Below are positions 11,929 through 20,362 of a DNA stretch of 64,000 nucleotides, in pieces. Each line of letters opens with the position of its first letter. Positions within the stretch are counted from its first letter, which is position 1. A model generated the notes under the pieces. It ran no database searches. It had not been told where the DNA came from and worked only from the letters and a program-made list of their open reading frames with translations. A program made the position numbers and the translations under genes. The stretch is from an uncultured Holophagae bacterium (GTDB taxonomy: Bacteria; Acidobacteriota; Thermoanaerobaculia; Thermoanaerobaculales; Sulfomarinibacteraceae), in contig CAWJPY010000013.1 of assembly GCA_963844865.1 (NCBI GenBank), forward strand, positions 135,821-199,820, given 5' to 3'.

Positions 11929-12877
11929 GTCATTCTGAGCGAGCGGAGGTCCGCCGGAGCGAGTCGAAGAATCCCCCGAGAGCACCAGAGTCGTGGATGG
12001 GAGGCGTCCCACGGGCCTTCGGGGGACTCCTCGTCGCTTCGCTCCTCGGAATGACACGTGTGCGCCTCGTCCCACGGGCCTTCGGGGGATGGTTCGACTC
12101 GTCGCTCGCCGAGGACGGCGCGCTCCTCGCTCACCATGACAGGACAAGGCCATATCACTGGGGGCGACGTTGCGCCCCGCCCCCGTCGGTGCCGCATGGG
12201 ATGACACGGGACCGCGCGGAGACAGTGGGACGTCCAAGTTGCCTGTCATCCTGAGCGAGCGGAGGTCTTCCGGAGCGAGTCGAAGGATCCCCCGGGAGCA
12301 CCAGAGTCGTGCCCTGGGGGCGTCCCACGGGCCTTCGGGGGACTCCTCGTCGCTTCGCTCCTCGGAATGACACGTGTGCGCCTCGTCCCACGGGCCTTCG
12401 GGGGATGGTTCGACTCGTCGCTCGCCGCCGACGGCGCGCTCCTCGCTCACCATGACAGGACAAGGCCATATCATTGGGGGCGACGTTGCGCCCCGCCCCC
12501 GTCGGTGCCGCATGGGATGACACGGGACCGCGCGGAGACAGTGGGACGTCCAAGTTGCCTGTCATCCTGAGCGAGCGGAGGTCTTCCGGAGCGAGTCGAA
12601 GGATCCCCCGGGAGCACCAGAGTCGTGCCTGGGGGCGTCCCACGGGCCTTCGGGGGACTCCTCGTCGCTTCGCTCCTCGGAATGACACGTGTGCGCCTCG
12701 TCCCACGGGCCTTCGGGGGATGGTTCGACTCGTCGCTCGCCGCCGACGGCGCGCTCCTCGCTCACCATGACAGAACAAGGCCATGTCGCTGGGAGCGACG
12801 TTGCGCCCCGCCCCCGTCGGTGCCGAGTTGTGTGACACGAGGCGTGCGGAGCCGTTCCGTCGGACGCGGACACGGAC
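11929..12877 (+). repeat. Tandem array, 3 copies x 316 bp, of the family-A composite REP-like unit
   Basis: The word gtcatYctgagcgagcggaggtc starts at 11929, 12245 and 12561, exactly 316 nt apart. Long stretches are identical between copies. The third copy degenerates after about 12800. Confidence 0.85.
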
Positions 12878-12902
12878 ACTGACACTGGCCGGGGCGCGGG
12901 AA

Positions 12903-13901
12903 TCAGCGGGAGTTTCGTTCTTTGACGATCTCGGCGGCGATGCTGATGGCGATCTCCTCCGGGGTGTGACTGGAGATGTCCAGACCCACGGGGGCACGGA
13001 CCCGGCCCAGCCGCTCGTCGGGGACTGCCTGCTCGCGCAGGTGGGCGAAGAGCTGCTTCACCTTGGCGGCGCTCCCCAGCAGGCCCAGGTAGCGCAGGTC
13101 TTTCCCGACCAGGCGCGACAGCACGAGCTCGTCGGCGGCATGGCCGTGGGTCATGATCACCGCCCACGAGCGCTCTCCGGCCACCACTTCACCGTCGCTG
13201 GCGGCATAGTCGATCACCCGTTTCTCGGTTGCCCAGCGGTTGGCCTCGAGCGTGGTCAGATCGGCACGGTCGTCGAGCACCACGATGCGGAAGGGGAGCG
13301 CGGCCATGACCCGGGACAGGGCCAGGGCGACGTGACCGCCGCCGAAGATGTACAGGGTGTCGAGGTCGCCGACAGTGACCTCGAAGCGCCACCCGCCGCC
13401 CGTGGTCTCGAACGAGGTGGGCGACCGCTGACCGGGCGCAAAGGACATGCCGTGGTTGGTGAGCTCGAGGGACCCGAAGCCGCCCCGGTCCAGTGCGGCG
13501 GCGACACCCTCCAGCGTCGGGAGCTGGTCACGCTCCAGGACGACCATGGCCAGGGTCTGGCGCCCCGAGCACAGGGAGCCGGAGGCGGCGGCGGTGTGCT
13601 CCACCTCGAAGAGCTCCGATCCTTTCTCGAGGTCGCGGGCCCGCTCCATGGCCTCGTGCTCCGCCACTCCGCCGCCCACGGTCCCTACCGACCCGAGGGA
13701 GGAGACCACCATGGCCGCGCCGGTGGCGCCGGGCACCGAGCCTGAGTGCTCCACGACGACCACCAGCACGGCACGGCCGCCAACTCGCACGGCATCCACG
13801 GCATGTCCCCACAGGTCTTTCACGGTGCGATTGTACGGCAGCGACAGTCTCGCCCGCCGCCACGGTTCCCAGCAGAAGCCCGGTGCCAGGTCCGTCCGCA
13901 A
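12903..13901 (-). CDS. XdhC/CoxI-family molybdoenzyme maturation accessory protein
   Basis: 'VLVVVVEHSGSVPGATGAAMVV' (XdhC_CoxI N-terminal domain) and a Rossmann-like 'LYIFGGGHVALALSRVMAALPF...VVLDDR'. The start is uncertain: the ORF maximum uses TTG at 13901. An in-frame GTG at 13823 sits 6 nt after a TACAAT box. Confidence 0.75.
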   Translation of the reverse strand: MRTDLAPGFCWEPWRRARLSLPYNRTVKDLWGHAVDAVRVGGRAVLVVVVEHSGSVPGATGAAMVVSSLGSVGTVGGGVAEHEAMERARDLEKGSELFEVEHTAAASGSLCSGRQTLAMVVLERDQLPTLEGVAAALDRGGFGSLELTNHGMSFAPGQRSPTSFETTGGGWRFEVTVGDLDTLYIFGGGHVALALSRVMAALPFRIVVLDDRADLTTLEANRWATEKRVIDYAASDGEVVAGERSWAVIMTHGHAADELVLSRLVGKDLRYLGLLGSAAKVKQLFAHLREQAVPDERLGRVRAPVGLDISSHTPEEIAISIAAEIVKERNSR

Positions 13902-13910
13902 AGTCTGCGG

Positions 13911-14150
13911 TCAGCGACGGTACACAGGGGCAGGAATCGGTGCCAGTGCCAGTGGCAGTGGCAGCGTCAGCGCCGGTCTCGGCAGCGTCTCCTCAACCCC
14001 GACCCGCGATCGCCACGTTCGCTCACCTGCCGTGGAGCCGCGGATGATCGCCGATCGCCGTCCGCTGATCCCTGGACGCCGAAGCTGACCGCTGTGCACT
14101 GCCGCTGTTGGCCGGCACTGCCGCCGTCGTTGGCCGTGGACGCGAACCCG
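13911..14150. repeat. Family-D micro-repeat tract
   Basis: ggtcagcgacgg, gccagtgccagtggcagtggcagcgtcagcg, gatcgccgatcgcc, ctgccgctg. Intergenic, between xdhC-like and rpiR-like genes. Confidence 0.5.
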
Positions 14151-14160
14151 GGAGCCGGGT

Positions 14161-15027
14161 CTAGCGATCGGACGGCAGGAGGTCCTTGTCCTCCCCCAGC
14201 ATGCGGTTGATCTGGGTCAGGGCATCCAGCGTCCGCTCGCGATGGCTGGTGGCGATCTCGGCAGCCAGGGCGTTCACGAGCACGGTGATGGCTGCGATGG
14301 CGTTGGTGAACATCATGTTGTCGCTCTTCGCGGCCAGCGCCCAGCGGGCGAGCTGGGCCGCCGGCGCGGTGAAGCGATCGCACAGCGCGCAGGTGGCGAG
14401 GCCCCGCTGCTGGGCCTCCCGCAGCAGCTCCAGGGTCTGCCGGGAGTAGGGGGGAAAGGAGAGCACGAGGAGCGCGTCGGACGGACGCAGCGCCACCACC
14501 TGCTCCCGAGGCGAGGAGAAGCGGGTGGAGAGCGCGCTGGCCCGGACCCCGATCTGGACCAGGGTGTAGGACGCGATCTCGGCCAGGTGGGCGGAGATGC
14601 CCATGCCGAAGGTGTAGGTGTGGTCCGCGCGGTAGACGGCGTCGCCGACCTCGGCGAAGACGCGGCGGTCGGCGGTCTCCACCGAGTGCCGGATGTTGCC
14701 GATCTCCAGGTCCGCGACCTGCTGCAGGACGTCCTCTGTGGCAGGCTGCGAGAGAGCTCTGCCGTTGCCGCCCAGCCGCTCCTGGAGGAGCTCGACCAGG
14801 TCCATCTTCAGCTCGGAGAAGCCGGAGTAGCCGATGCGCTGGGCGAAGCGGACCACGGTGGCCTCCGAGACCCCGGTGCGGTCGGCGAGCTCGGGGACTG
14901 ACAGGAAGGGGACCGTCTGCAGGTGCTCGAGGAGGTAGTCCGCGATGGCTCGTTGCTGGGGCGGCAGCTCGGCGGCATGGCGGACGATCAGCTCGCGCAG
15001 GTCGGACTCACGGGTCACGATGGGCAT
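14161..15027 (-). CDS. MurR/RpiR-family transcriptional regulator (HTH + SIS domain)
   Basis: 'QRAIADYLLEHLQTVPFLSVPELADRTGVSEATVVRFAQRIGYSGFSELK' is the RpiR HTH, followed by a SIS-like C-terminal half. Divergent from the receptor gene. Confidence 0.85.
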   Translation of the reverse strand: MPIVTRESDLRELIVRHAAELPPQQRAIADYLLEHLQTVPFLSVPELADRTGVSEATVVRFAQRIGYSGFSELKMDLVELLQERLGGNGRALSQPATEDVLQQVADLEIGNIRHSVETADRRVFAEVGDAVYRADHTYTFGMGISAHLAEIASYTLVQIGVRASALSTRFSSPREQVVALRPSDALLVLSFPPYSRQTLELLREAQQRGLATCALCDRFTAPAAQLARWALAAKSDNMMFTNAIAAITVLVNALAAEIATSHRERTLDALTQINRMLGEDKDLLPSDR

Positions 15028-15251
15028 GGAGATCTCCGAAGTGGGTGCCAGCGCTTGCGGACTCGATTCATGCGCGTCCGCACCCTCGCCCGAAGGAACG
15101 TCCTGATCCGGGCACGGACACGGAGGGGGGACCCGGGCAGGGATGGCGTCCGGCCACGAGGATCGTCAGGAGGGACGGGAACCTGAAGTTGCGCGTGGGA
15201 CCCGCGTCGCATCTGGGCTGTCTCAGGGCGGGATGGGGGCGTGACATCATA

Positions 15252-15288
15252 CATTTCATCTGATAGTCTACGTGAAATGGAAATTTCA
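15252..15288. promoter_or_regulatory. AT-rich operator-like cluster: ATTTCAT (x2 direct) and TGAAATG (inverted), plus the palindrome GAAATTTC
   Basis: acATTTCATc..cgTGAAATGGAAATTTCATc lies 24-60 nt upstream of the receptor ATG (15312), in the divergent rpiR/receptor intergenic region. It is the only AT-rich patch there. Confidence 0.4.
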
Positions 15289-15311
15289 TCAACTCCAGGA
15301 GGGAGGACCCC

Positions 15312-18074
15312 ATGAGTCGCACAGCAACTCTCAGCGTCGTGGTCGTGGTGGTGCTGTTGCTCACTGCCGGATCCGCGGCGGCGCAGAGCACAACGGGCAG
15401 CGTCCGGGGCGTCGTGACCGATCCCCAGGGGGCGGTGCTCCCCGGCGTCACGGTCGTGGCCATCTCGGACGCCCTCGTGGCGGGCCAACTGTCGGCGGTG
15501 ACCAGCACCCAGGGAGTGTACCGCTTCCCCTCGCTGCCGCCGGGGACGTACGTCCTGGAGGCCCACATGCCGGGCTTCCGGTCGGTGCGTCGGGACGGCG
15601 TCTCCGTGGGCCTGGGCCAGACCCTCGACGTGGACCTCCAGATGGGTGACGTCACGGTGTCCGGGGAGATCGTGGTGGTGGCGGATGCGGTCCAGGTGAG
15701 CACCGTCTCCAACAACGTCGGTTTCAACATGGACAAGACCTTCATCGAGCGCCAACCGCTGTCCCGGGACCCGGCCGGCCTGATGAACTACGCGCCGGGC
15801 ATCAACAATGATCAGGCCTACGGGGCGCCATCCACCTATCAGAACGCGTACAACCTGGACGGCGTCGACGTGTCCGACCCGGAGCTCGGGTCGCAGTGGG
15901 TCTTCCCCAACATGGACTGGGTCCAGGAGGTGCAGGTTGCCGGGCTCGGTGCGGACGCCGAGTACGGGGGCTTCACCGGGGCCGTGGTCAACCTGGTCAC
16001 CAAGTCCGGTGGGAACGAGCTCCACGGCGACGTGCGCGCCTACTACTCGGGGGGCGGCCTCAACGCCGAGAACGCGCCCCCGGGGGTGGAGGGCGCCAAC
16101 AAGCTGTCCAGTGACTGGGAGGGGAGCGTCAGCCTCGGCGGCAAGATCATCACCGACAAGCTGTGGTTCTTCGTCTCGGCCAGCGAGCGCAAGCGCACCA
16201 TCGATCCCTTCTTCTCCGCCGGCGCCCCCGACTTCGGACGGGAGTCGACGGTGCGGGAGTGGACCCAGGCCATCGGCAAGCTGACCTACCAGGCCAACGA
16301 GGCCAACCGGGGCGTGCTGCTCGTGGACTACGACGCGGTGGACGAGGACTACCGCGGGGTGGGCGACCTCACGCTGGCCGACGCTGCCGAGCACCAGGAC
16401 TCCCCCAGCTACTCCTTCAACGGCACCTGGGAGTCGCTGATCGACGACGCCAACTTCGTCACCGCCAAGCTGACCGGCTACAAGGGACAGGATGACCGGC
16501 GGCCCCATCGCGGCGACGAGCCGGGGCGCTACGACCTGGACTCCGGCTTCGAGTGGGTCAACCTGGCGGAGACCGGTTCCAAGGACGTGAAGCGGACCGC
16601 CTTCGACGTCTCCTGGAGCCTGTTCGCGGACGGCCTCATCACCTCGGGCGACTCCCACAACTTCAAGTTCGGGGGGACGTACGAGGACCTCAGCAGCGAC
16701 TACGTCACCCACGTCAACGGCGGCTTCACCTACGTCGACGACAGCTACTACGGAGGCTATGACGGGTGGGGCTGCGCCACCCTGGGCGACTACTTCGCCG
16801 ACCCCAACTGCGCCCTCTACTCCTCGGATCGAGGCGGCGAGTGGGACCTGCACGGCCGGATGTCCGGGATGCACCTCTACGCCCAGGACTCGTGGCAGGT
16901 GGGTCGGGTCACGGTGAACTACGGGGCCCGCTACACCCACTACACCGGAGGCTTCGCGGACGTCAGCGGCAACGTGTACGACCAGGACATGATCGCGCCC
17001 CGCGTCGGCCTGGTGTGGGATGTGGGCGGTGCCGGTCGGGCCGCGGTCAAGCTCCACTACGGGCGCTACTACGAGGGCATGGCGGTGGTCTTCTACGACC
17101 GCGAGGCCTCGGGCGCCGCGCTGACCGACACCGAGTACTGGGACTGGGACTTTGCGACCGGACAGTGGGTGCAGAACGGCGGCACCGTGAACGCCTGGGC
17201 GCAGATGGCCGACAACCTCACCCACCCCTCGGTGGAGCAGTTCGTGGCCACCTTCGAGCACGAGGTGGGGTCGGACATGGTGGTGGGCGTCGACTACATT
17301 CGCCGCCGCTACGACGACATCTTGGCGATGTACACCTCCAATGTGGGTGACTACGACGCCCTGGTGGCCCCGAACAACCCCCTCGGCGGCGGCGACCTGC
17401 CCTTCTACGAGCTCCTCGAGCCGCCCCAGTACGTGATCGGCAATCCCGCCGGCGCCAAGCGTGACTACGACTCGGCAGCCCTGCGCTTCCGCAAGCGCTA
17501 CAGCCACGGCTGGTACATGGACGCCTCCCTGGTGTGGTCGGACCTCACCGGCAACGCCGACTGGGCCCTGGCGGGCTACGCCGACGACTTCCAGGACCTC
17601 AACGGCACCATCAACGCCCAGGGCAGGCTGCCCTACAACTCCGACTGGGTGCTGAAGGTGTCGGGGTCCGTCGACCTGCCGTGGAAGATGCTGGCCTCTG
17701 CCTTCTACGTCTACCGCACCGGTGAGTACTGGACCCCCTACGTGCGCATCCGCGGCCTGCTGGAGAACGATCGCACCGGCGTCTTCATGACCGAGCGCGG
17801 CTCGCGCCAGTTGCCCGACCGGAGCGACCTCGACCTGCACCTGGAGAAGCTGGTGGACCTCGCCTCCGGCCTCGAGCTGGCAGTGATGGTGGATGTCTTC
17901 AACGTGTTCAACGACGACGCCGTCACCTCGGTGGTGACCCGTTGGGGCGACTACCGCTACCAGTGGGACGCCCACCCCGAGGAGAGCGAGTGGCGCCCCA
18001 ACGACGCCTTCGCGACTCCCACGGACATCCAGAGCCCGCGCGCGGTGCGTGTCGGCGCCCGGGTGCGGTTCTGA
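15312..18074 (+). CDS. Outer-membrane TonB-dependent-receptor-like protein with N-terminal carboxypeptidase-regulatory-like domain
   Basis: Signal peptide 'LLLTAGSAAAQS', then 'GSVRGVVTDPQGAVLPGVTVVA...GVYRFPSLPPGTYVLEA' (CarboxypepD_reg). Long beta-barrel-like remainder ending in an aromatic residue ('VGARVRF'). Strong RBS ggagggagg. Confidence 0.8.
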   Translation: MSRTATLSVVVVVVLLLTAGSAAAQSTTGSVRGVVTDPQGAVLPGVTVVAISDALVAGQLSAVTSTQGVYRFPSLPPGTYVLEAHMPGFRSVRRDGVSVGLGQTLDVDLQMGDVTVSGEIVVVADAVQVSTVSNNVGFNMDKTFIERQPLSRDPAGLMNYAPGINNDQAYGAPSTYQNAYNLDGVDVSDPELGSQWVFPNMDWVQEVQVAGLGADAEYGGFTGAVVNLVTKSGGNELHGDVRAYYSGGGLNAENAPPGVEGANKLSSDWEGSVSLGGKIITDKLWFFVSASERKRTIDPFFSAGAPDFGRESTVREWTQAIGKLTYQANEANRGVLLVDYDAVDEDYRGVGDLTLADAAEHQDSPSYSFNGTWESLIDDANFVTAKLTGYKGQDDRRPHRGDEPGRYDLDSGFEWVNLAETGSKDVKRTAFDVSWSLFADGLITSGDSHNFKFGGTYEDLSSDYVTHVNGGFTYVDDSYYGGYDGWGCATLGDYFADPNCALYSSDRGGEWDLHGRMSGMHLYAQDSWQVGRVTVNYGARYTHYTGGFADVSGNVYDQDMIAPRVGLVWDVGGAGRAAVKLHYGRYYEGMAVVFYDREASGAALTDTEYWDWDFATGQWVQNGGTVNAWAQMADNLTHPSVEQFVATFEHEVGSDMVVGVDYIRRRYDDILAMYTSNVGDYDALVAPNNPLGGGDLPFYELLEPPQYVIGNPAGAKRDYDSAALRFRKRYSHGWYMDASLVWSDLTGNADWALAGYADDFQDLNGTINAQGRLPYNSDWVLKVSGSVDLPWKMLASAFYVYRTGEYWTPYVRIRGLLENDRTGVFMTERGSRQLPDRSDLDLHLEKLVDLASGLELAVMVDVFNVFNDDAVTSVVTRWGDYRYQWDAHPEESEWRPNDAFATPTDIQSPRAVRVGARVRF

Positions 18075-18135
18075 CCTGAAGCTGTCGAGGGTGGGGCGGC
18101 GTTCGCCGCCCCACCGCGTCGATCGGGGATACACC

Positions 18136-19002
18136 ATGAGGAACGGACTCATCGCGGCCCTCTTCTCGCTCACTGTGTCGGCAGGCATGGCCTCGGCGGC
18201 GACGCCGAAGGGGAACCTGGTGCTCATCGGCGGCGGCTCCAAGCCCGCTGCGGCCATGACGAAGTTCGTCGAGCTGGCTGGAGGGCCGGACGCGGCCATC
18301 ATCGTCTTCCCCACCGCGTCCGAGGCAGCTGACACCCCCGCCTATTACCGGGACCTGTTCGGCAAAGAGCTGGGTTGCAGTGACGTGTTCGTGGCCCCCG
18401 TGCACGAGCGCGCGGACGCCCTCGACGAGGTCCTGGCCGCACGGGTGGCGGCGGCGGGGGGCATCTTCTTCGGCGGCGGCGACCAGCGCCGGATCACGTC
18501 CGCGCTCAACGGGACGCCGGTCGGGGAGGCGGTCCGGGACGCCTACGAGCGGGGCGCGGTGATCGGCGGCACCTCCGCCGGCACCGCCTGCCAGAGCCCC
18601 CTGATGATCACGGGTGACGGCGACTTCACCGTCCTGACGGCCGGCAACGTCGTTCTCACGGAGGGCCTGGGCCTGTTCCGGGGGGTGATCGTGGACCAGC
18701 ACTTCGTGGCCCGGCGCCGGGCCAATCGCCTGCTCTCCGTGGTCATGGAGCATCCCGACCTGGTGGGCGTCGGCGTCGACGAGGGCACCGCGATCTGGGT
18801 GCGCCCCGACAGCACGTTCCTGGTTCTCGGGGACGGTTGGGTCGTCGTCTTCGACGCCCGGAGGGCGACGGTGCAGCGAGGCGCCGACCTGGCCACGGGC
18901 ACCGCTCTCGGCGTGCACGGGATGCTGACCCACGTGCTGCTGCCGGGCGAGACCTTTGACCTGGAGCGGGGCGAGACCACGGCGTCGGACGCGGCCCCAT
19001 GA
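18136..19002 (+). CDS. Cyanophycinase-like S51 serine peptidase with signal peptide
   Basis: 'GNLVLIGGGSKP', 'GIFFGGGDQRR', nucleophile motif 'IGGTSAGTACQS', 'VDQHFVARRRANRL'. Start placed at ATG 18136, giving 'MRNGLIAALFSLTVSAGMASA'. Confidence 0.8.
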   Translation: MRNGLIAALFSLTVSAGMASAATPKGNLVLIGGGSKPAAAMTKFVELAGGPDAAIIVFPTASEAADTPAYYRDLFGKELGCSDVFVAPVHERADALDEVLAARVAAAGGIFFGGGDQRRITSALNGTPVGEAVRDAYERGAVIGGTSAGTACQSPLMITGDGDFTVLTAGNVVLTEGLGLFRGVIVDQHFVARRRANRLLSVVMEHPDLVGVGVDEGTAIWVRPDSTFLVLGDGWVVVFDARRATVQRGADLATGTALGVHGMLTHVLLPGETFDLERGETTASDAAP

Positions 19003-20240
19003 GCCGGAGCCCACTCGTCGAGGAGATCCGGTCGGCGGCAACGGGGCTCCTGGAGGAGCTGTGCGCCATCTCGTCGGAGAGCGGCGACCTGGCGGGGCTC
19101 CACGCCATGGGGGAGCGCCTGGCACTCGAGCTGGAGCCGTTCGGGTTCCGGTCCGAGCTGCTCCCCGCCGCCGGCATCGACGGGCGTGAGCACCCGGTGC
19201 TGGTGGCGGCGGGGCCGACGGCGCCGACGGCCCCGCGGAGGCGCGTGCTGCTCGTCGGGCACCTCGACACGGTGCTGCCGGCGGTGCCGCCGCACCGGGA
19301 GCCCGGCCGCCTCCACGGCACCGGCGCCCTCGACATGAAGGGGGGGTTCGCCGCCCTGGTGGGCGCGCTGCACCTGCTCTCGGAGAGTGGGGGGGCGGTG
19401 CCAGAGGATCTGCTGCTGGTGGGCGTGCCCGACGAGGAGGTCGGGGGACCCATCTCGGCGCGCATGGTCCGCGAGTGGGGGAGGGAGGCACGGGCCATGC
19501 TGGTCCTGGAGCCGGGACAGGGCCGGATGGGTGGCGAGACACTGGTGGCCGGTCGCCGCGGCCTGGCGGCGTGGCGTCTGGATGCCCGTGGCCGCGCTGC
19601 GCACTCCGGGCTGGACTACTGGCAGGGGCGCTCGGCGATCGCGGCGGCGGCCGCATTCTGTGCGTCGGCTCAGGCGCTTTCCGAGCGGGGGGCGGGACCG
19701 GTGGTGAACGTGGGCCGGATCGTGGGCGGCGACTCGGATTTCGTCCGTGACCTGGCCGAGGAGCACCGGTTCATCGGCACCTCACAGCGCATCAACGTGG
19801 TCCCGGACAGCTGCGTGGCCGAGGGCGAGGTGCGTTTCCTGTGTGGCGAGGACGGTGACCGCATCCTGGCTCTGCTCCAGGAGCTGGCCGCTCAGGAGGG
19901 GCGGCGCTGGGAGGTGGCCATGAGCCTGCGTGAGCTGGAGCGTGTCGCCCCGATGACCTCCTCCGGTCCGGCGGGAGAGCTGGCTGCGAAGCTGGTGGAG
20001 GCGGCCGAAAGGGACGGCTGGACCCTCGAGCTGGAGCGGGACCGTGGTGGCGTCTCCTTTCCCAACTGCCTGCCCGACCCGTCCGCCCTGCCGATCCTCG
20101 ACGGGCTGGGGCCGGTGGGGGGCGGCATGCACACGCGGGGCGAGTACCTCGACCTGGGCTCGCTCGGGCGCCGCATCCCACTCATCGCCGAGGCCATCAG
20201 CCTGGCCGCCGCGCTCCCGTGCCCCCCGCAATCATCCTGA
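18999..20240 (+). CDS. M20-family metallopeptidase (carboxypeptidase G2 / dipeptidase-like)
   Basis: 'LLVGHLDTVLP', 'GTGALDMKGG', 'VGVPDEEVGG'. ATGA start/stop overlap with the cyanophycinase gene. Confidence 0.8.
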   Translation: MSRSPLVEEIRSAATGLLEELCAISSESGDLAGLHAMGERLALELEPFGFRSELLPAAGIDGREHPVLVAAGPTAPTAPRRRVLLVGHLDTVLPAVPPHREPGRLHGTGALDMKGGFAALVGALHLLSESGGAVPEDLLLVGVPDEEVGGPISARMVREWGREARAMLVLEPGQGRMGGETLVAGRRGLAAWRLDARGRAAHSGLDYWQGRSAIAAAAAFCASAQALSERGAGPVVNVGRIVGGDSDFVRDLAEEHRFIGTSQRINVVPDSCVAEGEVRFLCGEDGDRILALLQELAAQEGRRWEVAMSLRELERVAPMTSSGPAGELAAKLVEAAERDGWTLELERDRGGVSFPNCLPDPSALPILDGLGPVGGGMHTRGEYLDLGSLGRRIPLIAEAISLAAALPCPPQSS

Positions 20241-20362
20241 ACCGTCGCGTCCGCGCCCGCGCCCGCGGTCAGCGACCGCGGCGGCGGCCGCCCCCCAGCG
20301 TCAGCGGCGGCGTGGTCCACCGGGGTCAAGAGGGCGAGCGCGTTGGGTCGGCCAGGGCGCTT

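Noticed and set aside
12700-12740. GGTTCGACTC motif inside family-A repeats resembling a tRNA T-arm
   Set aside because: No acceptor stem, D-arm or anticodon arm can be drawn around any copy. The motif is part of the dispersed repeat and occurs in both orientations.
11929-12877. Regularly spaced repeats considered as a possible CRISPR array
   Set aside because: The period is 316 bp and the whole unit is repeated (no unique spacers). There is no 25-40-nt repeat/spacer alternation and there are no cas genes.
10992-12997. ORFs of 280-401 aa on the minus strand (10992-12197, 11659-12513, 12155-12997) and short plus-strand ORFs inside the repeat block
   Set aside because: These are translations of tandem repeat DNA. 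The internally repeated Arg-rich peptides (e.g. ...GERGARRRRRATSRTIPRRPVGR...) merely mirror the 316-bp period. There are no start signals and no homology.
15015-18335. 1106-aa minus-strand ORF opposite the outer-membrane receptor gene
   Set aside because: Same high-GC antisense artefact. The plus strand has a signal peptide, a CarboxypepD_reg domain, a strong RBS and a beta-barrel terminus.
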